Positions 27,088 through 34,894 of a stretch of 64,000 bases of DNA are shown here, in pieces. The notes beneath the pieces are model-generated. The model did not search any database. It was not told the DNA's origin and was given only the letters and a program-made list of their open reading frames with translations. How positions within the stretch are numbered: position 1 is the first letter of the stretch; every line of letters starts with the position of its first letter. The DNA comes from Oscillospiraceae bacterium (GTDB taxonomy: Bacteria > Bacillota > Clostridia > Oscillospirales > Oscillospiraceae). The DNA is taken from NCBI GenBank assembly GCA_021768185.1, contig JAETNP010000027.1:6511-70510 (forward strand), read 5' to 3'. Position numbers and translations under genes: made by a program.

Positions 27088-27698
27088 CCGGCGGCCCTGC
27101 GGGCCGCGTCCGCTTCCCTTCTATCAGATAGATTCGCCCTGCCGGGCGGGGGCTTACTTTTCCCGCGCGGGAAAAGTAACAAAAGAGCGCTCAAGCGTGT
27201 AGCGCCCGCTAGCGGGCGCTAGCAGCCTAAGCCGCGCTATGCGCGGCCCACGGGAACTACGTTCCTTGAGAATCCTCCTTCATTACGGGGGAATTGATTT
27301 GCACAACCTGGTTCTCCATTCTCCCGTCAGCTCGCATCAGAACCTGCCGGCCTTCTGCGTCTACCCACGGATTCTTACGGTAGATTTCGCTGCGGCGCCG
27401 CTTCTATAACAAGTGCTCGTCCATCGCCGGAACTTCCGGCAAAACGGAGCAGACCAGTATCACGCACCCCGGGGAGTTCGCCCCGCTATACGGTAGGGGC
27501 TGCCGATGACCACGCTGAAATAGACGCTGGAGAGGAACGAAGCGGACGGCAGTAAGTTTAGACCAAACCGACTGTGCCTTGGGCGCAAAACTAATCAAAA
27601 CATGAGGGATTCTTAAACCGCCAGGTTTAAGTGACTTTTTGGGTACTTTTTGTTCACACAAAAAGTACCCGAGGAGTCCGGGGGCGAGAAGCCCCCCC
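27088..27698 (+). repeat. copy A of a hairpin-rich ~0.6-kb interspersed repeat with ~100-nt imperfect terminal inverted repeats
   Basis: Near-identical blocks recur at 46205-46779, 51850-52405 (reverse complement), 55205-55658 (reverse complement) and 33600-33806 (partial). Perfect hairpins include TTACTTTTCCCGCG/CGGGAAAAGTAA, CAAGGAAC-TAC-GTTCCTTG, CTTAAACC-GCCA-GGTTTAAG, TACTTTTTGT-TCAC-ACAAAAAGTA and CCGGGGG-CGAGAAG-CCCCC. Confidence 0.85.
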
Positions 27699-27722
27699 CA
27701 TAGAGAAAGAAAGGAGCACCCC

Positions 27723-28746
27723 ATGGCAGCAATCAAGTATTGGCTCTGGCTGGCAAACCTCCCCAAACTGGGCAGTCAGATGAAACTGACCCTGCTGGAA
27801 CATTTTGGGGAGCCGGACAAAATCTATTACAGCGATAAAGAGGAATACTTCCATGTGGAGGGCATGACCCGCTCCGCGGCGGAGGCGCTGGAAAATAAAA
27901 ACCTTGAGAGCGCGGACCGTATTCTTGGAGACTGCGACCGTCTGGGCCTGCGGATCATTACCAAACAGGATGCCGAATATCCGGACCGCCTGCGGAATAT
28001 CTATGACCCGCCGCTGCTGCTCTACGTCCAGGGGCGGATGCCCCGGTTTGACGAGGAGGTGGCCATCGCCATGGTGGGCACCCGGCGGGCCTCCTCCTAC
28101 GCCCTGGAAATGGGCGAAAAGCTTGCCTTCCAGATGGCGGGCATGGGAGCTGTCATCGTCTCCGGTCTGGCCTCTGGCGGGGATGCCTCGGCCCACCGGG
28201 GCGCGCTGCGCGCCGGCGGCTTCACCGCCGCGGTCATCGGCGGCGGACACGACATCATCTACCCCCGGGAGAACCAGTACCTCTATGAGGACATCGCCGC
28301 CCGGGGCGTCATCCTCTCTGAGTACCCGCCGGGAACCGAGCATATCGGCGGGCATTTCCCTGTGCGCAACCGCATCATCAGCGGGCTCAGCCTGGGCGTG
28401 GTGGTCCTTGAGGCCCCGGCGAAAAGCGGTACCCTCATCACCGCCGGGCGGGCCCTGGACCAGGGCAGGGACGTGTTCGCCATTCCCGGACAGGTAAAAA
28501 CCTGTGAAAAAGCCCGTCCAGCCGGAAAAGCCGCTGCTGGACCTCTCGGGAGACCACGGTCTCACCGACGATCAGCTGCGTATCGTTCGGGCTCTGGACG
28601 GACGCACGGTGCAGGTGGACGATCTGGTGGAGGAAACGCAAATTCCCACCCGCCGGGTCCTCTCCGCCCTGACTGTGCTGGAACTGGACAGGATCGTGAC
28701 CCAGGAGAGCGGAAAGCGCTTCTCCCTGGCTGTCGCGCTCAAATAA
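27723..28746 (+). pseudogene. dprA: DNA-processing protein DprA, apparently frameshifted (C-terminal winged-helix domain lies in the +1 frame)
   Basis: SAM-like N-terminus and Rossmann core (MVGTRRAS.YA ... VSGLASGGDA ... VLEAPAKSGTLITAGRALDQGRDVFAIPGQ) read in frame 0 up to ~28493. Beyond that, frame 0 gives an R/G-rich nonsense tail. A DprA_WH-like sequence (LTDDQLRIVRAL...VDDLVEETQIP.RRVLSALTVLELDRIV) is in the frame of ORF 28504-28746. Confidence 0.7.
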
Positions 28747-28834
28747 AAGAAGGAAAAGTAAGGGACCGTCATCGGGACGCAAGGCGTTCGGATGGCCGGT
28801 CCCGGCGGCCGTAAGGCCGCCCAGGAGGAAATCA

Positions 28835-31177
28835 ATGGCAAAATCGAGTCTCGTGATCGTGGAGTCTCCCGCCAAAGCGAAGACCATCGGAAAGTATCTG
28901 GGTCCCGGCTATCAGGTGAAGGCCTGCATGGGCCATCTGCGGGACCTGCCCAAGAGCACCCTGGGGGTGGACATCGAAAACAACTTCGAGCCCAAGTACT
29001 GCCCCATCAAGGGAAAGGAAGATATCATCAGCGACCTGAAAAAGTCCGCCAAGGCCAGCGACACCGTGTTTCTGGCAACCGACCCGGACCGTGAAGGGGA
29101 GGCCATCAGCTGGCACCTCAAGGAGCTGCTGGGTCTGGCGGACGAAAAAGCCCGCCGGGTGACCTTTAACGAGATCACCAAACGGGTGGTCAGCGAATCC
29201 ATCGCCCGGCCCCGGGAGATCGACCAGAGTCTGGTGGACGCCCAGCAGGCCCGGCGCATCCTGGACCGGATCGTGGGCTATCAGCTCTCGCCCCTGCTGT
29301 GGAAGAAGATCCGCAGCGGACTGTCCGCCGGACGGGTCCAGTCCGTAGCCACCCGGATGGTCTGTGACCGGGAGCATGAGATCGCGGCGTTCAAGCCCCA
29401 GGAGTACTGGTCCCTGGACGCCAGGCTGACTCCCGACGGCACTGAGCGCAGCGCTTTCCTGGCCCACTACCATGGGGAAAACGGGAAGAAAAAAGAGCTG
29501 AATTCCATAGAAGAAGTGGAAGCGGTGACGGCGGCTCTGAAGGACGCCGCCTTTGCCGTCAAGAGCGTCAAGCGGCAGGAAAAGCAGCGCTCCCCAGCCG
29601 CCCCCTTTACCACCTCTACCCTCCAGCAGGAGTCCAGCCGGAAGCTGAACATGACCCCCCGGCGCACTATGGCTATCGCCCAGCAGCTCTACGAGGGCGT
29701 GGAGATCTCCGGCGAGGGCGCGGTGGGTCTGATTACCTATATGCGTACCGACTCCCTGCGGCTCAGCGACGAGGCGCTGGCTTCCGCCAGGAGCTTTATC
29801 CGGGGCCGCTATGGCGAGGCGTACTGCCCACAGGCGCCCAGAGTTTATAAGACCAAGGCCGGGGCGCAGGACGCCCACGAGGCCATCCGGCCCAGCAATG
29901 TGGAGCTGACACCGGAGATGGTGAAAAAGGATCTGACCGGGGACCAGTACCGGCTGTATGGGCTGATCTGGAACCGGTTCGTGGCCTGCCAGATGTCCAA
30001 CGCCGTCTATGATGCGGTCTCCGTGGAGATCCAGGCGGACGTTCACACCTTCCGGGCCAGCAGCAGCAGCTTGAAATTCTCCGGATACACCGCCGTCTAC
30101 GAGGAGGGCAAGGACGAGGAGAAGGAGGAAAAAGAGGGACGGCTGCCGCCTCTTACCGAGGGGCAGAGCCTCAAAAGTCTGGATTTCCAGCCGGGTCAGC
30201 ACTTTACACAGCCACCGCCCCGGTACACCGACGCTTCCCTTATCCGTGCGCTGGAGGAGAACGGCATCGGACGGCCTTCCACTTATGCGCCGACGGTCAG
30301 TACCATTCTGGACCGGGAGTATGTGGTCAAGGACGGAAAGTACCTCCACACTACGCCCCTGGGCGAGGTGGTCAACGGGCTCATGGAGGACAAATTCTCC
30401 GACATTGTGGACACCGGATTCACCGCCAGCATGGAGAAGGAACTGGATGACGTGGAGGCCGGAAACAAGCAGTGGAAGGAACTGCTGCGGGAATTCTATA
30501 CGCCTTTCCGGGCGGAGCTGGACCAGGCGGAGAAAGATCTGGAGGGCGTGCGGCTGAAAGTGCCGGACGAGGTCTCTGAAGAGGTTTGCGACCTGTGTGG
30601 ACGGCAGATGGTCATCAAGAGCGGACGGTTCGGGCGGTTCCTGGCCTGCCCGGGATATCCGGAGTGTACCTTTACCAAGCCGCTGGTGGTGGCTATGCCG
30701 GGACGGTGCCCCAAATGCGGGGGACGGCTCATGAAGCGTACCGGCAACAGCAAGAAAACCGGCAAGCAGTATACTTACTACTGCTGTGAGCGGATGACCA
30801 GCAAGGACGAAAATAACCGGTGCGATTTCATGACCTGGGATGTGCCGGTGGCGGACGACTGCCCCGTCTGCGGCGAAACCATGTTCAAAAAGGCGGGGAA
30901 GGGATTCAAAAAGCCCTTCTGCATCAACGAAAAGTGCGAGAATTTTACGCCGGAGGAAAAACGGGGCGGCTGGAAGAAGAAAGAAACCTCCGCAGATGGG
31001 GACGAGCCCGCGGCGGAAAAGGCCCCCGCTAAAAAATCCGCCGCCGCCCAAAAGACAACTACTGTCAAGAAAACTGCGGCGGCAAAGAAAACCACCACGG
31101 CAAAAAAGACGGCGGCATCCAAGAAAACAACTGCCACCAAGAAGACTACTGCAAAGAAAACGGCGGAGAAGAAATAA
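28835..31177 (+). CDS. topA: DNA topoisomerase I
   Basis: Toprim start LVIVESPAKAKTIGKYLG, catalytic-region YMRTDS, several C4 zinc ribbons, and a Lys/Thr/Ala-rich tail. Confidence 0.95.
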   Translation: MAKSSLVIVESPAKAKTIGKYLGPGYQVKACMGHLRDLPKSTLGVDIENNFEPKYCPIKGKEDIISDLKKSAKASDTVFLATDPDREGEAISWHLKELLGLADEKARRVTFNEITKRVVSESIARPREIDQSLVDAQQARRILDRIVGYQLSPLLWKKIRSGLSAGRVQSVATRMVCDREHEIAAFKPQEYWSLDARLTPDGTERSAFLAHYHGENGKKKELNSIEEVEAVTAALKDAAFAVKSVKRQEKQRSPAAPFTTSTLQQESSRKLNMTPRRTMAIAQQLYEGVEISGEGAVGLITYMRTDSLRLSDEALASARSFIRGRYGEAYCPQAPRVYKTKAGAQDAHEAIRPSNVELTPEMVKKDLTGDQYRLYGLIWNRFVACQMSNAVYDAVSVEIQADVHTFRASSSSLKFSGYTAVYEEGKDEEKEEKEGRLPPLTEGQSLKSLDFQPGQHFTQPPPRYTDASLIRALEENGIGRPSTYAPTVSTILDREYVVKDGKYLHTTPLGEVVNGLMEDKFSDIVDTGFTASMEKELDDVEAGNKQWKELLREFYTPFRAELDQAEKDLEGVRLKVPDEVSEEVCDLCGRQMVIKSGRFGRFLACPGYPECTFTKPLVVAMPGRCPKCGGRLMKRTGNSKKTGKQYTYYCCERMTSKDENNRCDFMTWDVPVADDCPVCGETMFKKAGKGFKKPFCINEKCENFTPEEKRGGWKKKETSADGDEPAAEKAPAKKSAAAQKTTTVKKTAAAKKTTTAKKTAASKKTTATKKTTAKKTAEKK

Positions 31178-31182
31178 ACTCT

Positions 31183-31437
31183 TTACACCCGTGACAGCTC
31201 TTGACCAATAGACAGCCCGGCTTGAAAGGCGGCTTTCAGCTCAAGGAAAGAGCTGTTGTTCCTGCTTTGGCGCAGTTCCGTCAGAAGTTCCGCCCGGTCT
31301 GGAGGAAGAAGAGCTTGAATACTTTTCTCTATGCCTTCTTCCTCATGGGCATAGTGCTTATGTTCTAATGTATCTAAATGCGGGTGAAAGTTCTTTTCCA
31401 TTGCGTAATTAAACAACTGTTCTACAGTGTCAGTCAT
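31183..31437 (-). CDS. 84-aa helical hypothetical protein, of a type often paired with XRE regulators in Firmicutes mobile DNA
   Basis: Low-GC ORF divergent from an XRE gene. C-terminal pattern ...FLELKAAFQAGLSIGQEL. Confidence 0.5.
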   Translation of the reverse strand: MTDTVEQLFNYAMEKNFHPHLDTLEHKHYAHEEEGIEKSIQALLPPDRAELLTELRQSRNNSSFLELKAAFQAGLSIGQELSRV

Positions 31438-31475
31438 ATTGCTTCACTCCTTGAATATTATTGTTACGGCCCAAT

Positions 31476-31502
31476 CGGACCGGTTATAGTATAACCGGTC
31501 CG
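31476..31502. promoter_or_regulatory. operator-like perfect palindrome in a divergent promoter region
   Basis: CGGACCGGTTATA-G-TATAACCGGTCCG, 13-bp arms, between the divergent 84-aa gene and the XRE gene. Confidence 0.5.
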
Positions 31503-31534
31503 GACGGGCCTGTCAACCCTTTTGGAGAAATAAA

Positions 31535-31744
31535 ATGTCAAATTTTGCGGAAAGATTGCTTTTGCTGAGAAAAGAGAGAAAATTGAATCAAGAAGATGTG
31601 CTGGAACCGTTTGACCTTTCTGTTCGCACGTATCGCCGCTATGAAACCGGGGAACGCGAAGCGACAATATCCACTCTGTGGAAAATCGCGGATTTTTACG
31701 GGGTCTCTGTAGATTATTTGATTGGACGGTCTGAGGAACGATGA
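31535..31744 (+). CDS. XRE-family helix-turn-helix regulator (69 aa)
   Basis: [19 protein letters not shown] ... [36 protein letters not shown]. Stop overlaps the trmFO start (ATGA). Confidence 0.85.
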   Translation: MSNFAERLLLLRKERKLNQEDVLEPFDLSVRTYRRYETGEREATISTLWKIADFYGVSVDYLIGRSEER

Positions 31745-33051
31745 ATGTAACCGTTATCGGCGCGGGATTGGCGGGAAGCGAGGCCGCGTGGCAGCTGGCG
31801 AAACGGGGCGTCCATGTCACCCTGCGGGAAATGAAGCCCCACAAAATGACACCCGCCCACCATACGCCCGACTTCGCGGAGCTGGTCTGCTCCAACTCCC
31901 TGCGGGGCGCGGGTCTGGAAAACGCCGTGGGGCTTCTCAAGGAGGAGCTGCGCCGGCTGGGAAGCCTCATCCTGGAGGCGGCGGACGCCACCCGGGTGGA
32001 AGCCGGAGGCGCGCTGGCGGTGGACAGGTACGGGTTCGCCGCCTATGTGACCCGTGCCCTCCGGGAACATCCAAACGTCACCGTGGAGGAGGGGGAAGTC
32101 ACCGCGCTCCCGGAGGGGGAGGTGCTGGTGGCTACCGGGCCTCTGACCAGCGACGCGCTGGCGGAACATCTGGCGGCCCTGACCGGCGGCGAGGAGGCGG
32201 CTTTGCACTTCTTTGACGCCGCCGCGCCGCTGGTGAGCTTTGACAGCATCGACATGTCCCGGGCGTGGTTCGCCAGCCGGTACGACAAGGGCACGGCGGA
32301 TTATGTCAACTGCGCCATGGAGAAGGAAGAATATCTCGCCTTCTGGAAGGAACTGTGCGAGGCCCAGGAGGCGGAGGTCCACGGATTTGAGGACAAGAAC
32401 GTCTTTGAAGGATGTATGCCCGTGGAGGTCATGGCCCGGCGGGGTGAGGACACCCTGCGGTACGGGCCGCTGAAACCAAGAGGTTTGAAGGACCCGGCCA
32501 CGGGGCGGGAGCCTTACGCGGTGGTACAGCTGAGAAAGGACAACGCCGAGGGGTCCATCTATAATCTGGTGGGCTTTCAGACCCACTTGAAGTTCGGGGA
32601 GCAGAAGCGGGTGTTCTCTATGATTCCGGCGCTGAAGAATGCGGAATATGTGCGGTATGGGGTCATGCACCGGAATACGTATCTGGATTCCCCAAGGCTG
32701 CTGGACCGGTATTACCGGCTGAAAAGTCAGCCGCGTATTACCTTCGCCGGGCAGATGACCGGGGTGGAGGGCTACGTGGAGTCCGCCGGGTCCGGGTTTC
32801 TGGCGGCGGTGGAACTGGCGAGAAGGTTAAGGGGGGACGCCCCTATTGACTTCCCCAGGGAGACGGCGCTGGGAGCGCTGAGTTTGTATGTCTCCGACGA
32901 AACGGTGAAGGATTTTCAGCCGATGAATATCAATTTCGGGATCATTTCGCCCCTGGGGTACAAGGTCCGGGGGAAGCGGAACAAGAATCAGGAGATCTCT
33001 CAGCGGTCGCTGGAAATCATTGAACGGATGAAACCGGACATTCTGATTTGA
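31741..33051 (+). CDS. trmFO: methylenetetrahydrofolate--tRNA-(uracil54-C5)-methyltransferase TrmFO
   Basis: [19 protein letters not shown] motif, [18 protein letters not shown], and conserved position after topA. Confidence 0.95.
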   Translation: MNVTVIGAGLAGSEAAWQLAKRGVHVTLREMKPHKMTPAHHTPDFAELVCSNSLRGAGLENAVGLLKEELRRLGSLILEAADATRVEAGGALAVDRYGFAAYVTRALREHPNVTVEEGEVTALPEGEVLVATGPLTSDALAEHLAALTGGEEAALHFFDAAAPLVSFDSIDMSRAWFASRYDKGTADYVNCAMEKEEYLAFWKELCEAQEAEVHGFEDKNVFEGCMPVEVMARRGEDTLRYGPLKPRGLKDPATGREPYAVVQLRKDNAEGSIYNLVGFQTHLKFGEQKRVFSMIPALKNAEYVRYGVMHRNTYLDSPRLLDRYYRLKSQPRITFAGQMTGVEGYVESAGSGFLAAVELARRLRGDAPIDFPRETALGALSLYVSDETVKDFQPMNINFGIISPLGYKVRGKRNKNQEISQRSLEIIERMKPDILI

Positions 33052-33263
33052 TTGTCAAGGTGCGCTTTGCACGACCTTTTGGTTAGCCCGGTGTGCTGGT
33101 CGGTACCTGACCGGGGTTCGACTTGCTTTAGTGCCTTCAAACTTGGAGGTTTGTCTTCCCTCAATTTGTTTTTGGAGAATAGGGGAAGTTGCTGAATAAA
33201 GGGCAACCTTTGGGAAAATTTTCTTGAAATGCAGGTGTTCAGTGGTATGCAGCAGCTCTGTTG

Positions 33264-33302
33264 CGAACAATATATTCGTATTATATACGCATATATTGTT
33301 CG
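33264..33302. promoter_or_regulatory. 39-bp near-perfect palindrome upstream of the second XRE gene (operator candidate)
   Basis: CGAACAATATAT-TCGTATTATATACGC-ATATATTGTTCG. 12-bp perfect arms, and the centre is also quasi-palindromic. Confidence 0.5.
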
Positions 33303-33326
33303 TGTCAATGGGAAGGAGAAAATTTC

Positions 33327-33545
33327 TTGATTATTTTATCAGAGCGGTTAAAGCAATTGAGAAGTGAAAACCGATTGACACAGCAGAATGTAGCGGACCG
33401 CTTAGGGGTCAGGCTGCGGACTTATCAGTATTATGAGAGCGAAAATGATAAGGCGCACCGCCCGGATTTGGAGACGCTGGTTGTTCTGGCGGATATGTAT
33501 GGGGTTTCTGTAGACTATTTGATTGGTAGGACCGATACGCCGTGA
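33327..33545 (+). CDS. XRE-family helix-turn-helix regulator (paralogue of 31535-31744)
   Basis: TTG at 33327 lies 8 nt after GGAAGGAG. LSERLKQLRSENRLTQQNVA ... RTYQYYESEN ... [19 protein letters not shown]. Confidence 0.75.
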   Translation: MIILSERLKQLRSENRLTQQNVADRLGVRLRTYQYYESENDKAHRPDLETLVVLADMYGVSVDYLIGRTDTP

Positions 33546-33599
33546 ACGGGGCATCTTTCAAATTTGCACCCCCGCCAGACCTCCGTGCCGAGTGCCGCG

Positions 33600-33806
33600 A
33601 GGCAACCAGCAGTATCGTTAGGACCGTGCGCAGAAGTAAGCAGCGGCATCGGCATAATGCACTGGAGGTAGACCGGGAATCTAAAGGTCGTAGCGAAAAT
33701 AATAACCCCCGTAGTGAAGGAGGATTCTCAAGGAACGTAGTTCCTTGAGCGAGCTTTTGGTTCTTTTCCCTCGCGGGAAAAGAACGTCCCCGCCCCGTGG
33801 GCGGAA
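33600..33806 (-). repeat. partial copy E of the interspersed repeat (one terminal arm plus part of the core)
   Basis: CCCCCGTAGTGAAGGAGGATTCTCAAGGAACGTAGTTCCTTGAGCGAGCTTTTGGTTCTTTTCCCTCGCGGGAAAAGAAC matches the reverse complement of the left arm of copy A. The left boundary is approximate. Confidence 0.7.
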
Positions 33807-33819
33807 GAAGGGAGCAGAA

Positions 33820-34836
33820 ATGAAAATTATCGTGGACGCCATGGGCGGCGACAATGCCCCCGGTGAGATCGTCAAAGGGGCCCTACAGGCCGTCAGGGCC
33901 AGGACGGATCTGGAGATCGTCCTGGTGGGGAAGGAAGCGGAAGTGAAAGCCGCCGCCGCGGCCTGCGGCGGCCTGCCGGAGCGGGCGTCTATCGTCAACG
34001 CCACGGAAGTCATCGAGATGCACGACGACCCGGCGACTGCCTTTAAGGTGAAGAAAGATTCCTCTATGACGGTGGGACTGACTATGCTGAAAAACGGGGA
34101 GGGCGACGCGTTTGTCTCCGCCGGGAGCACCGGCGCGCTCCTGAGCGCGGGCACCTTGATCGTCAAGCGCATCCGGGGTATCCGCCGGGCCGCCATGGCC
34201 CCGCTGGTGCCCACGGCGGGCAAAGGCGTGGTGCTGGTGGACTGCGGGGCAAACGCGGAGTGTACCGTGGAGTACCTGGTCCAGTTCGCTTACCTGGGCA
34301 GCATCTACGCCGCCAAGGCGTTGGGGGTGGACAAACCCAGGGTGGGCCTGCTGAACATCGGCACGGAGGACACCAAGGGGGACCAGCTGCGCCGGGACAC
34401 CTATCAGGCCCTGAAAGAGGCCGGTGAGGCGGGACATCTGAACTTTATCGGCAACATTGAAGCCAAGGAGGCCGTCAAGGGCGGCTGCGACGTGGTGGTG
34501 GCCGACGGCTTCTCCGGGAACGTGATGCTGAAGACCATCGAGGGCGTAGGTTCCTTTTTGGGCAAGGAATTAAAGGGCATGTTCCTGCGCAGCCTGAAAA
34601 CCAAGATCGCGGCCCTGATGGTGAAAAACGGGCTGGACGCCTTCAAGGAGCGGCTGGACCCGGACACCGTGGGCGGCACGCCCTTCCTGGGACTCCAGAA
34701 GCCGGTGATCAAGGCCCACGGGTCCAGCAGGGCCCGGGCGATTGAGAACGCCGTCTATCAGGCGGCCGCCGGGGTGGAGGCCAATCTCGCCGGGGAGATC
34801 GAGGCGAAAATCGGCCTTATGAAGACGGAGCGCTGA
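33820..34836 (+). CDS. plsX: phosphate acyltransferase PlsX
   Basis: MKIIVDAMGGDNAP start, ADGFSGNVMLKT, and KAHGSS motifs. Confidence 0.95.
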   Translation: MKIIVDAMGGDNAPGEIVKGALQAVRARTDLEIVLVGKEAEVKAAAAACGGLPERASIVNATEVIEMHDDPATAFKVKKDSSMTVGLTMLKNGEGDAFVSAGSTGALLSAGTLIVKRIRGIRRAAMAPLVPTAGKGVVLVDCGANAECTVEYLVQFAYLGSIYAAKALGVDKPRVGLLNIGTEDTKGDQLRRDTYQALKEAGEAGHLNFIGNIEAKEAVKGGCDVVVADGFSGNVMLKTIEGVGSFLGKELKGMFLRSLKTKIAALMVKNGLDAFKERLDPDTVGGTPFLGLQKPVIKAHGSSRARAIENAVYQAAAGVEANLAGEIEAKIGLMKTER

Positions 34837-34894
34837 TTGGTACAAAAATAGAAATATTGGGCAAGTCTGCAATGGTTTGCCGGAAAGGTTCTAA

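Noticed and set aside
27500-27530. CUGCCGAUGACCACGCUGAAA inside the repeat module resembles a hammerhead ribozyme core (CUGAUGA...GAAA).
   Set aside because: The spacer between the two boxes cannot form stem II, and the flanking stems I and III with a cleavage triplet are not evident.
27088-27698. The idea that the repeat is an invertible promoter switch, with interior flanked by AGAATCC..TCAT inverted repeats.
   Set aside because: There is no invertase gene nearby and no convincing outward promoter in the core. The evidence (copy B versus A and C) compares different loci, not two states of one locus. It is kept only as a possibility inside the copy B finding.
27670-27700. GAGGAGTCCGGGGGCGAGAAGCCCCC resembles the RNase P RNA P4 region (GAGGAAAGUCCGGGC).
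   Set aside because: It occurs in every repeat copy. The rest of the RNase P core is absent, and a multi-copy RNase P RNA inside operon spacers is implausible.
27404-27766. ORFs inside the interspersed repeats that look conserved at the protein level (27404-27766, 51889-52146, 46359-46565, 55305-55583, N-terminal parts of 33681-34223 and 46138-46356).
   Set aside because: The apparent conservation simply mirrors nucleotide identity of the repeat. The frames differ between copies, the ORFs cross hairpins and element boundaries, there is no RBS, and the composition is non-protein-like.
28832-31051. 739-aa ORF antisense to topA. Similar very long antisense or overlapping ORFs include 57700-60915, 22621-24756, 43060-44982, 18248-20149, 20956-22518, 2925-4211, 38822-40081 and 41290-42687.
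   Set aside because: Their translations are Arg/Gly/Pro/Ala/His-rich low-complexity strings with no motifs. In each case the opposite strand or another frame encodes a clearly recognisable protein. Stop-codon-poor antisense frames are expected in high-GC DNA.
33090-33135. GGGGTTCGACTTGC looked like a tRNA or tmRNA T-arm.
   Set aside because: There is no complementary T-stem, acceptor stem or anticodon arm around it.
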